A stretch of 64,000 nt of DNA from Pirellulales bacterium (GCA_963733035.1 CAVTBU010000009.1:96001-160000); one strand, 5' to 3'; shown: positions 1 through 11,660, numbered from the stretch's first letter. Notes: a model not told the origin generated them from the letters alone. A program made the numbers and translations.

Positions 1-479
1 TAGGCCTCCTGCCAGACGCCTTGCACTTCGCGCAGGAAGATATCGGCCCCAACATTACCGATGCCGTTGAATTGCCGGAGCAGCTTCTTCTCTGCCTCGA
101 CGTCACGCTTGGCCTCCTCGCGGAGTTTTCGCAAGTCACCGCCATAGCGATTGAGCAGTAATTCAGCGGTTTGGCCAAGCATGCGAGATCCGCTCTCATC
201 GTAACGCTTGTAGCCGTGCCAAGTGATCACATCGACGCGGTCCTGCCAGCTCGCGGCAACCATCTTCTTGGGCGTCGTGAGCTTCGCGTCGACCAGAGCC
301 TGGGCCGCTTGAACGGCATTATGGGCTGGGATACGGGCACTCAACAGCAGCGCCTCATTCAGCAGCTGAAACAACGGCGTAGGCGTGTTTTTGAGGCGGA
401 TGCCAGCTTCTTCCGCATAGGTGCGGCCGTACGATATCAGGACACTCTTCACGAGCGCACGATAGTGCTTGCTGGTCAT
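1..479 (-). CDS. HhH-GPD-like endonuclease/DNA glycosylase family protein (3' end runs off the window)
   Basis: Not in the ORF track. Manual translation from ATG 479: MTSKHYRALVKSVLISYGRTYAEEAGIRLKNTPTPLFQLL...GYKRYDESGSRMLG...YGGDLRKLREEA...LLRQFNGIGNVGADIFLREVQGVW. Helix-hairpin-helix-like LxxFxGIGxxGA motif; open to base 1. Confidence 0.7.
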   Translation of the reverse strand, partial: MTSKHYRALVKSVLISYGRTYAEEAGIRLKNTPTPLFQLLNEALLLSARIPAHNAVQAAQALVDAKLTTPKKMVAASWQDRVDVITWHGYKRYDESGSRMLGQTAELLLNRYGGDLRKLREEAKRDVEAEKKLLRQFNGIGNVGADIFLREVQGVWQEA

Positions 480-810
480 TTGTATGGACTTTTGAAATCA
501 GCCGTTGGCTAGGCATCGAAACCGAACCCGGCTTCGGCACAGCGTGTGCCACGTCGCATCCCGATCTCGCATCGCAGCCAACTCGAGCGATGCGGACGAA
601 ATTCCGTCTTCCATTTTGCCGTACCGAAGGGTCAATTTCTGGGAATCACCGGCAGCACAGTCCGGCTGGAATGGTCGGTGTCATGGAGAATTGTCTGTTC
701 GGCGACGTGAGCTAGCCGGTTGCGGTTCAGTGGCTCGCCGGTGTTCGTGCTAGGTCGGCTCATCATCGTGCAGGGCTTCTCAATGAAGGGACAGCACGAA
801 ACCAGTACGC

Positions 811-1491
811 TTATTTCATGTCCGCCACGAAGTGATTTCGTAGCAGCGTGGCGATCTCCGCTTGGCCCGCGGGGTTGGGGTGCATGGCATCGGTGAAGTA
901 AGTGTTGACGTCGGGGACTTCTTGGGCGAGTTCGGCAAAGTGGCGATAGACGTCAATGAGCGGCAAGCCGTGCGCGACGGCGACCTCGCGCACCACGTCA
1001 ACATAGGCCTTCAGGGTGGCGTTGCGCTCGGGCCCGTACTTCGGCCGAATCGCCGGATTGGGAGTCATCAGGATTACCTTGGCGTTTCGAGCCTGCAGCC
1101 TGGCGATCATCTCGTTGAGATTGTTACGGTATTGGTCGACACTAATGCGGGAGGCCGTTTTACCCTCGTCGATCCAGGAATCGTTCAAGCCAAACATCAG
1201 AACCACGTAGTTGGGATGGCAATCGAGAACGTCGGTTTGAAGGCGTTTCAGACCGTCTGCCGTCGTATTGCCGCCGATGCCTGCGTTGATGACTTCGACG
1301 GGTTGCCCGCGGGCGGTCAGTTGTCGTTCGAGGTCAGCGCAGAAAGTTTCATCCGGAAGTACGCCGGGGCGGACGGCCTTGGTCACCGAGTCTCCGAGAC
1401 AGACGATTCGGACCGGGTCGGCGGCTGTCGCGAGGTTACTGCAGACAAGATAGAACATCAGGAGCGGAAGGATCAGCGTCGAGTGTTTCAT
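811..1491 (-). CDS. SGNH/GDSL hydrolase, secreted
   Basis: Signal peptide; blocks GDSVT, NAGIGG, FGLND and DAMHP. Confidence 0.92.
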   Translation of the reverse strand: MKHSTLILPLLMFYLVCSNLATAADPVRIVCLGDSVTKAVRPGVLPDETFCADLERQLTARGQPVEVINAGIGGNTTADGLKRLQTDVLDCHPNYVVLMFGLNDSWIDEGKTASRISVDQYRNNLNEMIARLQARNAKVILMTPNPAIRPKYGPERNATLKAYVDVVREVAVAHGLPLIDVYRHFAELAQEVPDVNTYFTDAMHPNPAGQAEIATLLRNHFVADMK

Positions 1492-1855
1492 AGTTGTCGC
1501 CCCTCACTTTTTTTGCCAGGCAAATACCTGGGGGACATTCTTACCTGCCACGTCGGCGCGTACCAGTTGTCAGAACTGGCGAATCTTGTTTCGAACGGGC
1601 TGGGGACGTCGATCCATAGACCTTCGCCGTGCAGGTAAACGGCAAACGCGCGATGGCTCCGCCCGCAGGGTCGCTGGCACTCAACCAGGTTTACTTTTCC
1701 TACCAAGCCGCGCCGCCATTTTTTGCATTTTCGCGCGGCATTTTGCCTGACGATCGGCTATCCTGTCACGCTAGGCAGTAGGATGCGCCGGTGCGACTCC
1801 CCGAGGAGTCGGCACTGCTTTGACTTCTTGGTAAAGCAACAGGTGCGAGGGAACC

Positions 1856-3442
1856 ATGGCGGTTACGAACCTGGCGGAAATGGCGGAAGACTCGGCCCAG
1901 CGGTTGGGTGAACGAGACTATTTCGAGATCGACGGCGAGAAGTTCACCAACCTAAAACTTCTCGACATGGGGCGGCGGATGCAATCGGCCTTGGCCGGGC
2001 TTGGAATGAAGCGCGGTAAACGGGCCGTCGTCTTGATGATGAATCACGCCCTGGTGTATCCCACGTTTCAGGGAATCTTCCGAACGGGCGCAACGGCCAT
2101 TCCCGTTATGCCGCAAGCGGCCGCTGCCGAGCTTCGCTATGTGCTGGCCGACACCGAGGCGGATATGGTCGTCACCGACGTCGAACGACTGCCTACGGTG
2201 CGCGAGGCAGTGGCCGGTCTGCCGCACGTGCAACATGTTTTGGTGCAAGGGGGCGTTGACAACCGTGAAGCCAGCCCGCCGGAGTTGCGGCTCGATGACC
2301 TCATTCAATCGCCACCGGAAACAAAGCTGCCCAATATCGATCCGAGCGACGTGGCGGTGATGCTCTATTCCTCCGGCACGACCGGCCGGCCCAAGGGTGT
2401 ACTTCTGAGCCACGCGAATCTGCTGGCCAGCGCCGAGGCAGTGCTCGAGTCGGCTGTGCTGGATAGCTGGGAGGGTCCTCGAATCACGCTCAGTGCAATG
2501 CCGATCGCCCATATTTTTGGCGTGGCGATCATGAGCGACTTAATGATGATGCCGGAAAGTCTGCCGGCCGAGAGCAAGTTGATTCAGATGCGGTGGTTCG
2601 ATCCGGAACGGTTCATGGAGTTGATCCAGGAGCACAAATGCACAACGATCGCCGCGGTGCCGACGATTTTGGCCGTGATGCTCCACCATCCGGCAGCCGG
2701 CAAATACGACCTCTCGTCGTTGCGCGAAGTCATCGTGGGCGGCGCGCCGCTGCCGGTCGAGTTGGGACAGGCCTTCGCCAAGCGGTATCCCTGCCGGGTT
2801 CGTGAAATCTACGGGCTGACCGAGGCCTCAGGCCTGGGCACCTCGAACCGTCGCACCGAGGCATTCCGCGCCGGCTCCGCGGGCCGGGCCTACTGCAACA
2901 CCGAACTGAGCATTCAAAACGATAACGATCAGATCCTGCCGACCTGCGAGCGGGGTGAAATCTGCCTGCGGGGGCCGATCGTGATGCTCGGTTATCACAA
3001 CCGCCCGGACGAAACGGCCAAAGTGATTTGCGACGGCTGGCTGCACACCGGCGACGTTGGCTATCTCGACGATGACGGATTTCTATTCGTCGTCGACCGC
3101 AAGAAGGACATGATCATCCGTGGCGGCGAAAACATCTTTCCCGCCGAGCTGGAAGCCGTGCTGCATGAGCATCCGGCGGTGGCCGAGGCCGCGGTGGTGG
3201 GCGTGCCGGACGAAATCTACGGCGAATCCGTGGTTGCGTTCGTCGTTCCCAAACCGGGTACGAATCCGACCGAGGGAGAGCTGATCGAGCACGTCGGTTC
3301 GCAAGTCGCCAAGTTCAAGGCACCATCGCGCGTGCATTTCCTACCGACGCTTCCCAAAGGAGGCATCGGGAAGATTTTGCGGCGCGAGCTACGCGACAAG
3401 GCGGCGGCCATGGGCTCGACGAATGTCGGGCAAACCGGCTGA
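1856..3442 (+). CDS. Long-chain acyl-CoA ligase (AMP-binding)
   Basis: Motifs YSSGTTGRPKG, YGLTE, WLHTGD, DRKKDMIIRGGENI and C-terminal GKI lysine. Confidence 0.93.
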   Translation: MAVTNLAEMAEDSAQRLGERDYFEIDGEKFTNLKLLDMGRRMQSALAGLGMKRGKRAVVLMMNHALVYPTFQGIFRTGATAIPVMPQAAAAELRYVLADTEADMVVTDVERLPTVREAVAGLPHVQHVLVQGGVDNREASPPELRLDDLIQSPPETKLPNIDPSDVAVMLYSSGTTGRPKGVLLSHANLLASAEAVLESAVLDSWEGPRITLSAMPIAHIFGVAIMSDLMMMPESLPAESKLIQMRWFDPERFMELIQEHKCTTIAAVPTILAVMLHHPAAGKYDLSSLREVIVGGAPLPVELGQAFAKRYPCRVREIYGLTEASGLGTSNRRTEAFRAGSAGRAYCNTELSIQNDNDQILPTCERGEICLRGPIVMLGYHNRPDETAKVICDGWLHTGDVGYLDDDGFLFVVDRKKDMIIRGGENIFPAELEAVLHEHPAVAEAAVVGVPDEIYGESVVAFVVPKPGTNPTEGELIEHVGSQVAKFKAPSRVHFLPTLPKGGIGKILRRELRDKAAAMGSTNVGQTG

Positions 3443-3527
3443 ACAATCCCGCGTTTGCAGTTCGGCCGCATGAACCAGGGGCCACGCGACGCGCCATTGG
3501 CTGTCACTGAGACACTTGGATTCGGCG

Positions 3528-4318
3528 TCAGACCTGCCAGTTTGGTTTGCGCTTGTTCATGAAGGCATCGATACCTTCGCGGATTTCAGCGGTTTCCCAG
3601 GCATCAGCTAGGGCGCCTGCCGTGTAAGGCAGGTTCTCGTCGGCACTGTGAGTACTGACGAAGCGGATTAATTCCTTGGCGTTGGCCACCGCCCCTGGGC
3701 GCAAGCAAGCACAGCGCTGACCTCGCGCTCAATTGCCGCATCGAGCTGTTCCATTGTTTCGACGGCTTCGTCCAACAATCCGATGCGCACGGCAGCGCGA
3801 CCGTCCAGCTTGCGGGCAGTCAGAAAGATGCGTCTGGCATTGGGCACGCCGATCTTGGCGACAACATACGGCGAGATCGTGGCGGGAGTGAGCCCCAGCG
3901 TGACTTCACTGAGACGGAAGGTCGCGCCGGCCAAGCCAATTGCCACATCGCATATCGAAATCAACCCCAGCCCACCGCCGAAGGCCGAGCCGTTGATTCG
4001 ACCGATCAGCGGCTTGGGTAGTCGGTCGAGCTCGCGGAGCGTGGAGGCGAATTCCGTGGCATCGGCGATGCGCCCCTCGCGCGTGTTGGTTGCCTGCCGC
4101 TGCATCCCCTTCAAATCGCCGCCTGCGCTGAACACATCGCCGGCACCGGTGAGCACGATCATCCGCACCGCCAAGTCAGCGGCGAGTTGGTCCGTCGCGG
4201 CGCGCAGCTCGCGCATCAGGTCGTTCGACATGGCGTTGCGCGTGTCGGGTTGACTGAGCGTCACCCGGGCCACGCCGCGCGCATCGGTGGCGACGTCGAT
4301 CATTTTGTAAGTGCTCAC
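3528..4318 (-). CDS. Enoyl-CoA hydratase (methylglutaconyl/isohexenylglutaconyl-CoA hydratase-like), frameshifted near 3697
   Basis: FSAGGDL, FGGGLGL and SEVTLGLTPATISPYV crotonase motifs. The C-terminus continues in another frame (PGAVANAKELIRF...EIREGIDAFMNKRKPNWQV*) to TGA at 3528. GTG start at 4318 follows AGGAG. Confidence 0.85.
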
Positions 4319-4519
4319 GGTCGCGACTCCTATCTCATTGCATGCGTCATTGGCAACCATCGGAGATCGTAAAGTACGCGGTCGCGGATGAGAAGATGTT
4401 CCATGCGGAATGACTGCCGGCGAAGGTGGTCCCCACGGCGACGTCGTTTATGAACGCTTCGCTGAACGTGCTCGGTTTGACGCAGATCCGTCTGAATGCC
4501 GCTTCGCCGGGCCCGCCCC

Positions 4520-4760
4520 CTGCACAGTTGGAACCGGAGTTCATCGAAAATGCGTCGGCCAGCGGACCGAGGATTTGCGTGTTCGAGATCTGACGAGCAC
4601 GGTCGTCGTAGTCAGCCGAGGACTTGCTAATCGTGCTTGCCAAAAAGTTCCTCGAATACCATGTTTACCACGTCCTCGTCGTCGAGCAAGGGCGTCTAAT
4701 CGGCATCGTCAGGAAGCTGGACTTGAGGAAGCTGTTCGCGGACAGGGGAGTGGGAATAAA
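4520..4760 (+). pseudogene. Degenerate CBS-domain gene remnant
   Basis: Two frames join to give LRVRDLTSTVVVVS.../LAKKFLEYHVYHVLVVEQGRLIGIVRKLDLRKLFA, a CBS-like pattern. No clean start or full ORF. Confidence 0.5.
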
Positions 4761-4963
4761 GATTGTGAGACGGTCGCGGGATTGGCCTGGTGATGCGGCG
4801 CGGAGTGTCATCGGGCGTGCGTCCCGGATAGACTTTTTGGGAAGGTACGTACGGTTTCTACGCTCTCTGGCATCCAGTCCGCCGCTCAGATAGAATTCCT
4901 CTAGAACGAGCGTTTCTCGGCAGGCCGGTCGGCCTGCTGTTGTCTACCAGGGGGAGCCAGGCT

Positions 4964-6163
4964 ATGACCACGGCAGTTCGCGATTCCAGCTCGGATGTTG
5001 CCATTCCCGGGACCGGATTTACCAAGGCCCATCAACTGTTCCGCGAGTCGGTGCGGCAGTTTGTCGATCAGGAAATCAATCCCTATGTCGACGCGTGGGA
5101 AGACGCCAAGATCTTTCCGGCTCACGATCTGTTCAAGAAGGCTGGCGACTTGGGGCTGCTTGGGCTGTCGTATCCCGAGGAGTACGGCGGTATGGGGGGC
5201 GACTATTGGTATAACCTGGCGCTGTCGGAGGAGTTTGCCCGTATCGACTGTGGCGCGATTCCGATGGCCTTTGGCGTGCAAACCGACATGGCCACGCCCG
5301 CGCTGGCCAAGCACGGCTCGCACGAACTGAAGAAGAAGTATCTGGAGCCGGCCATCCGCGGCGATGCGGTCTGCTCGGTGGCCGTCACTGAACCGGAAGC
5401 CGGCTCGGACGTGGCCAGCATTCGCACCAAGGCCGAGCGCGAAGGCGACCATTACGTGATTAACGGTTCGAAGCTTTTCATCACAAACGGCGCGCAGGCC
5501 GACTGGATCTGCCTGCTCGCTCGCACGACGCCCGGCAAGAGCTATAAGGGCATGTCGCTGATCGTGGTGCCGACCGACACGCCGGGCTTCTCGGTTTCGA
5601 AAACGCTCAAAAAGATGGGCAACTGGGCCAGCGATACGGCCGAGTTGGTGTTCGACAACTGCCGCGTGCCCGTGGCCAATTGCATCGGCGAGGAAGGCCT
5701 GGGCTTCGTCTACCAGATGGAGCAGTTTCAGAACGAGCGTCTGGTGAGTGCCGTCGGCGCCGCGGCCGGTATGGATAAGATCATCAAAATGACGATCGAG
5801 TATTGCCGCGGCCGCAAAACGTTTGGTAAGCCGCTGATCGAAAACCAGTGGATCTACTTCAAGCTCACCGAACTGATCAGCGAAGTCGAAATGCTGCGAC
5901 AGATGTGTTACCATTGCGGCCGGCTGATGGACCGCGGCGAAGACTACACCCGCGAAGCCTCGATGTGCAAGCTGAAGGCTGGGCGGCTGACACGGCAAGT
6001 GGCCGACACCTGCGTGCAGTTTCATGGCGGTATGGGCTACATGGAAGAATATCCGATGGCCCGCTACTTCCGCGACTCGCGGTTGTGGTCGATTGGCGCC
6101 GGCGCCGACGAAATCATGCTCGGCATCATCGCCAAATATGAAGGCATTGCGCCGCCCAAATAG
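4964..6163 (+). CDS. Acyl-CoA dehydrogenase (citronellyl-CoA dehydrogenase AtuD-like)
   Basis: VTEPEAGSD, INGSKLFITNG, QFHGGMGYMEE and IGAGADEIM motifs; atu-like context. Confidence 0.92.
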   Translation: MTTAVRDSSSDVAIPGTGFTKAHQLFRESVRQFVDQEINPYVDAWEDAKIFPAHDLFKKAGDLGLLGLSYPEEYGGMGGDYWYNLALSEEFARIDCGAIPMAFGVQTDMATPALAKHGSHELKKKYLEPAIRGDAVCSVAVTEPEAGSDVASIRTKAEREGDHYVINGSKLFITNGAQADWICLLARTTPGKSYKGMSLIVVPTDTPGFSVSKTLKKMGNWASDTAELVFDNCRVPVANCIGEEGLGFVYQMEQFQNERLVSAVGAAAGMDKIIKMTIEYCRGRKTFGKPLIENQWIYFKLTELISEVEMLRQMCYHCGRLMDRGEDYTREASMCKLKAGRLTRQVADTCVQFHGGMGYMEEYPMARYFRDSRLWSIGAGADEIMLGIIAKYEGIAPPK

Positions 6164-6264
6164 TTCGGGTTAGCAGTTCGGCAGTGTGAGGGCGGAGCAC
6201 GTGCGGCGCCGTGCGAGCTAACGGCGCATCGCGGTGTGACTAGCGAACCAGGAGATCACCAGCG

Positions 6265-7869
6265 GTGCGTCGACAGATTCTCCCGTCGAGACTCGACATC
6301 AGGTCGGAACACTACCAGAAGAATCGCGAGTCGCTACTCGGCCAGCTTGAGGCGCTCAAGCAATTGCTGGCGGCGGCGCGGGCTGGCGGCGGCGAAAAAT
6401 CTGTCGCCCGGCACCATCACCGCGGCAAGCTGCTGGTGCGCGAACGAATCGAAATGTTGCTCGATCGCGATGCGCCTTTCTTGGAGCTGGCACCCGTCGC
6501 CGCCGCAGGAACCGACTATGAAGTCGGGGCGTCGGTGGCCTGCGGCATTGGCGTCGTCTCGGGCGTCGAGTGTTATGTCAGCGGCAACGATCCGACCGTT
6601 CGCGGCGGATCGGTGAACCCGTACACGATGAAGAAGTCGCTGCGCGGCTTTGACATCTGCCGTCGGAATCGGTTGCCCTATATCACGCTGACCGAGTCCG
6701 GCGGTGCCGACTTGCCGAGACAATCGGAGATCTTCCTCCCTGGCGGAGCGTCGTTTCGGCATTTGACGGAACTGTCGGCTGCGGGCATACCAACCATTTC
6801 ACTGGTATTCGGCAACTCGACGGCCGGCGGAGCCTACACACCCGCGATGTGCGACTACACCGTGTTCGTCAAGGAACGGGCCAAGGTCTTCCTGGGGGGG
6901 CCGCCGCTGGTGAAGATGGCCACCGGTGAAGACTCCAACGACGAGGAACTGGGCGGGGCAGAAATGCACTCGCGGGTGTCGGGGCTTTCGGATTATCTGG
7001 CGGTGGACGAATTGGATGCCCTGCGAATTGGCCGCGAGATCGTGGCCAATCTGAATTGGAAAAAGCTGGGCCCCGCGCCGGCGGCCGAGATCGAGGAGCC
7101 CCGGTACGATCCGGAGGATTTGCTGGGGCTGGCGCCAGCCGATTTGAAGGTTCCCGTCGATATGCGGGAGATCCTCGCTCGCGTCGTCGACGGCTCGCGG
7201 TTTCACGAATTCAAGCCGGCGTACGGTCCGAATCTGATCACTGGTTGGGCATCGCTCTACGGTTACGAGATTGGAATTCTAGCCAATCAGCAAGGCGTAT
7301 TGTTTTCGGCCGAGTCGCAGAAAGCGGCCCAGTTCATTCAACTTGCCAACCGGCATGGCGTACCGCTGGTCTTCGTCCAGAACGTGACCGGTTACATGGT
7401 GGGCAAGCAATATGAGCAAGGGGGTATCATCAAGCACGGTGCCCAGATGATCAACGCCGTGTCGAACAGCACGGTCCCGCACTTGACGCTGCAGATCGGC
7501 GGCTCGTACGGTGCCGGGAACTATGGCATGTGCGGCTACGCCTACAAACCGCGGTTCGTATTCATCTGGCCGAATAGCAAGACGGCCGTGATGGGGCCCG
7601 CGCAACTGGCGGGCGTCATGTCGATCGTCAGGCGCGCCGCGGCCCAAGCGGCCGGCAAGCCGTTTGACGAAGCCCAGGATGAGTTTCTGCGCAAGGCCGT
7701 CGAGGATCAGATTGAAAGTGAGTCGCTGGCCACGTTCACCAGCGGGCAGGTGTTTGATGATGGGATTATCGATCCACGTGACTCGCGCACCGTGCTGGGA
7801 ATGGCGCTCTCGGCGGCCATGAGTGCCGAAGTGAAGGGCGCAGAAAAGTTTGGCGTATTTCGGATGTAG
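6265..7869 (+). CDS. Acyl-CoA carboxylase carboxyltransferase subunit (geranyl-CoA carboxylase AtuC/MccB-like)
   Basis: NDPTVRGG, ESGGADLP, STAGGAY, GSYGAGNYGMCG and DDGIIDP motifs; C-terminal FGVFRM. Confidence 0.92.
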   Translation: MRRQILPSRLDIRSEHYQKNRESLLGQLEALKQLLAAARAGGGEKSVARHHHRGKLLVRERIEMLLDRDAPFLELAPVAAAGTDYEVGASVACGIGVVSGVECYVSGNDPTVRGGSVNPYTMKKSLRGFDICRRNRLPYITLTESGGADLPRQSEIFLPGGASFRHLTELSAAGIPTISLVFGNSTAGGAYTPAMCDYTVFVKERAKVFLGGPPLVKMATGEDSNDEELGGAEMHSRVSGLSDYLAVDELDALRIGREIVANLNWKKLGPAPAAEIEEPRYDPEDLLGLAPADLKVPVDMREILARVVDGSRFHEFKPAYGPNLITGWASLYGYEIGILANQQGVLFSAESQKAAQFIQLANRHGVPLVFVQNVTGYMVGKQYEQGGIIKHGAQMINAVSNSTVPHLTLQIGGSYGAGNYGMCGYAYKPRFVFIWPNSKTAVMGPAQLAGVMSIVRRAAAQAAGKPFDEAQDEFLRKAVEDQIESESLATFTSGQVFDDGIIDPRDSRTVLGMALSAAMSAEVKGAEKFGVFRM

Positions 7870-7875
7870 ATCAGC

Positions 7876-9880
7876 ATGAGCAAAAGCGGTTTCCAGAAAA
7901 TCGTGATCGCCAACCGGGGTGAAATCGCTCGCCGGATTATGCGGACGTGCCGCGCGATGGGAATCGCGACCGTAGCGGTTTGTTCTGACGCGGATCGGGA
8001 TGCGCCGTTTGTGCGCGAGGCCGATGAAGTCGTGCCGCTGGGCGGCATGCGCCCGGCCGACTCGTATTTGCGGGCAGATGCAATCATTGAAGCTGCCAGG
8101 CGGGCCGGGGCGGATGCGATTCACCCCGGATATGGGTTTCTGTCGGAGAACGCCGAGTTTGCCAGGGCTTGCGAGGCGGCGGACCTCACGTTCATTGGCC
8201 CGCCAGCCAAAGTAATTGCCGCGATGGGCTCCAAAATCGAGGCCAAGCAGCGCATGCAGGCGGCCGGTGTCCCGCTGTTACCGACCGTCGAGGTGCGCGA
8301 GCAGAAGGCAGTGGATGTGCTGAAGCAAGTCGAGAAGTTCGGCTGGCCGGCACTGGTCAAGGCATCGGCCGGAGGCGGTGGCCGCGGGATGCGAATCGCA
8401 CGCAGCGCAGAGGGTTTTGGCGAATTGCTGGAGGCGGCCCGGCAAGAGTCCTTGGGGGCCTTTGGCGATGGCACGCTGTTTATTGAACCGTACATCGAAC
8501 TGCGCCCGGCATATCGAGGTACAAGTTTTTGGTGACACGCACGGAAATGTCGTGCACCTGTTCGAGCGCGAGTGCTCAATTCAGCGGCGGCATCAGAAAG
8601 TCATCGAGGAGTCCCCGTCAATCGTGCTCGATCATGAGCTGCGCGAGGCAATGACCGACGCGGCGGTACGCGGGGCGAAAGCGATCGACTATGTGAATGC
8701 CGGAACGTTTGAATTCTTGCTCACGCCAGAGCGTAAGTTTTATTTCCTGGAGGTGAATACCCGCTTGCAGGTTGAACATCCTGTGACCGAGATGGTTACC
8801 GGTCTCGATTTGGTACGATTGCAGATCCTGGTTGCCGCCGGCGAGCCGCTCCCACCGGAAGCACATCAGGCGACCGTGACGGGGCACGCGATCGAAGCCC
8901 GACTGTGCGCCGAAGACCCCCGCCAAGACTATCGGCCAGCGGCTGGGAAGCTGCATCGCTTTCGGATTTCGGCCAGCGAAGGGGTGCGTGTCGACTCGGC
9001 CATTGACGATGCCGGATTCGTTTCACCGTTTTACGATTCGATGCTGGCTAAGGTAATCGTGCATGCTCCCACGCGTGAGGAGGCCGCCAAGTGCTTGAGC
9101 CGCGTGTTGGCCGATGCGCAAATTCATGGTCTGCAAACAAACCGTGAACTGCTGGTACGAACGCTTACACATAGGGACTTTTTGGCCGGCGAGACCGATA
9201 CACACTTTCTCGAGCGGCACGATCCGGTGGCCTTGGGAGCGCCACTGGGCGATGTTGCGACCGAGCAACTGCACGCGGCAGCAGCCGCATTGGCCGGTCA
9301 AGCGGAACGGCGACTGACGGCAGCAGTGCTCCGAGGTGCACCCTCCGGCTGGAGGAATAATCCTTCGCAACCGCAGCGGGCTGTCTTCCAGGGCTCGGCC
9401 GGCGAGATCCTTGTCGAGTACGCGTTTTCGCGCACCGGGTTGAACATTTCGGTGGGCGGGAACGAACTGCCCTCAGTCCGATGCCTTGAGGCCTCGCCTG
9501 CGATGGTGCGGCTCGAGCTAGACGGTGTCGAACGAACATGCGCCGTCGAACGCATTGACAACATTTTTTATGTCGACAGCCCGTTGGGCTCGACCGCGCT
9601 CACCGAATGGCCGCGTTTTCCGCCGCCCGCAGACGCCTCCACTGCCGGCTCACTGGTCGCGCCGCTGCCGGGGGTGGTCAATCAATTGAAGGTCAAGCCC
9701 GGCGACACGGTGGCTGCCGGCGACGTGCTGCTGGTCATCGATTCAATGAAGCTGTTGCACGAGATCGCCGCGCCGCAATCGGGCACGGTCATTGAGATTC
9801 GCGTCGAGGCCGGACACCAGGTGGACGCCGGAACGTTGCTGATCGTCATCGAAGAGGCCGGCGAAGCCGCAACTCAGTAA
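7876..9880 (+). CDS. Acyl-CoA carboxylase biotin carboxylase/biotin carrier subunit (AtuF/MccA-like), frameshifted near 8500
   Basis: ANRGEIA, HPGYGFLSEN and KASAGGGGRGM in ORF 7876..8535. RHIEVQ, ERECSIQRRHQK, EVNTRLQVEHPVTE and biotinyl DSMKL in ORF 8378..9880. Confidence 0.88.
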
Positions 9881-9894
9881 CGGAGACCGACGAC

Positions 9895-11658
9895 ATGACT
9901 GCTCCGCTGCGAATCGCGAACTGCTCCGGATTCTATGGAGACCGGCTGGCGGCCGCCCGCGAGATGGTGCTCGGAGGCCCAATCGACTTTCTCACCGGCG
10001 ATTATCTGGCCGAACTGACGATGCTCATCCTGTGGAAGTCGCAGCAGAAAGATCCGGCAACCGGCTACGCGATCACGTTTCTCAGGCAGATGGAAGAGGT
10101 GCTGGGCGAGGCGCTCGACCGCGGCATCAAGGTCGTGGCGAACGCCGGCGGATTGAATCCCGGCGGGCTGACCACGGCGCTGTGCGCAATGTGCGACCGC
10201 CTGGGTTTAAAGGCAAAAATTCTGCATATCGAAGGCGACGACGTGCTCGCACAACTCGGGGCCCTGCAGGCCGACGGCGAGGTCCTGAAGAACATCGATA
10301 CCGGCCAGGCGCTGAATGAGCTAAAGGCCAAGCCCCTGACGGCAAATGCCTATTTGGGTGCCTGGGGCATTGTCGAAGCGCTCAACCAGGGGGCCGATGT
10401 TGTCGTTTGTCCGCGGGTGACGGACGCATCGGTCGTTGTTGGTCCGGCGGCGTGGCATTTCGGTTGGAAGCGCGACGATTGGGACAAGTTGGCCGGCGCC
10501 GTGGCGGCAGGACACATCATCGAATGCGGCACGCAGTGCACGGGCGGCAACTATGCGTACTTTCGCGAGGTACCAGGGCTCGAACACCCCGGCTTCCCGA
10601 TCGCCGAGCTGTATGACGACGGCTCCTCCGTGATTACCAAGCACGAGGGGACGGGCGGGCTTGTTTCAGTCGGCACGGTGACGGCACAGTTGCTTTACGA
10701 AATCGACCAGCCGTCATATGCCAATCCGGACGTCGTGGCCCGCTTCGATACAGTTCAACTCGAACAAGTCGGACCGGATCGGGTACGGGTGTTCGGCACT
10801 CGTGGCGATGAGGCCCCCGGCACTGTGAAAGTTTGTCTGAATTACCTGGGCGGTTACAGCAACCAGGCGACGTTTGTGCTGACGGGTCTCGACATCGAAG
10901 AGAAGGCAGCCCTTGTTGAACGCACGCTGAGAAGCACCCTCGACATCAGGCAGTTCGACGCATTCGAAGTCAACCTGGCGCGGACCGACAAGGCCGACGC
11001 CCATACGAACCAGGAAGCGGCGGCGTTTCTGCGCGTGAGCGTGAAGAGCCAGGATCCCAAGAAGGTGGGGCGAGCATTTTCCGGCGCCGTTGTGGAAATG
11101 GCCTTGGCAAGCTACCCAGGGTTCTTTTGCACGAGTCCGCCCACCGACGCCGGCCCGTTTGGCGTGTATTGGCCGCTACTGATTTCCGGCGACGTCCCGC
11201 AACATGTTGTAGTGCTTGAAAATGGCGAGCGGATTGCCGTGCCATGGTCGGGGCCCGCAACTCGATATTTGCAGCGCGTAGAATCTACACCGCTGGCCCC
11301 GGTGCCGAATGGCCCAACCGAAGAACTGCCGCTGGGGACACTGTTTGGCGCACGATCGGGCGACAAAGGGGGCACCGCGAACATTGGCGTGTGGGCACGC
11401 GATGCGGCCGGGTACGCCTGGCTCCATTCCTTTCTGACGGTAGAGAAACTGAAGGAGTTGATCCCGGAGGCCGCTCATTTGGGAATTGGCCGATTTGAAC
11501 TACCGAACCTGAATGCGCTGAACTTTGTGGTCGTTGGTCTCTTGGGAGAGGGCGTGGCGTCGAGCACGCGGTTTGATCCGCAGGCCAAAAGCCTGGGAGA
11601 GTTTTTGCGTTCTCGCATCGTGCCGCTGCCGAAGTCGCTCTTGGATAAAAACGCTTAG
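9895..11658 (+). CDS. atuA: Acyclic terpene utilization AtuA family protein
   Basis: LRIANCSGFYGDR, DYLAELT, GHIIECGTQCTGGNY, ARSGDKGG and DPQAKSLGE family motifs. Confidence 0.9.
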   Translation: MTAPLRIANCSGFYGDRLAAAREMVLGGPIDFLTGDYLAELTMLILWKSQQKDPATGYAITFLRQMEEVLGEALDRGIKVVANAGGLNPGGLTTALCAMCDRLGLKAKILHIEGDDVLAQLGALQADGEVLKNIDTGQALNELKAKPLTANAYLGAWGIVEALNQGADVVVCPRVTDASVVVGPAAWHFGWKRDDWDKLAGAVAAGHIIECGTQCTGGNYAYFREVPGLEHPGFPIAELYDDGSSVITKHEGTGGLVSVGTVTAQLLYEIDQPSYANPDVVARFDTVQLEQVGPDRVRVFGTRGDEAPGTVKVCLNYLGGYSNQATFVLTGLDIEEKAALVERTLRSTLDIRQFDAFEVNLARTDKADAHTNQEAAAFLRVSVKSQDPKKVGRAFSGAVVEMALASYPGFFCTSPPTDAGPFGVYWPLLISGDVPQHVVVLENGERIAVPWSGPATRYLQRVESTPLAPVPNGPTEELPLGTLFGARSGDKGGTANIGVWARDAAGYAWLHSFLTVEKLKELIPEAAHLGIGRFELPNLNALNFVVVGLLGEGVASSTRFDPQAKSLGEFLRSRIVPLPKSLLDKNA

Positions 11659-11660
11659 CC

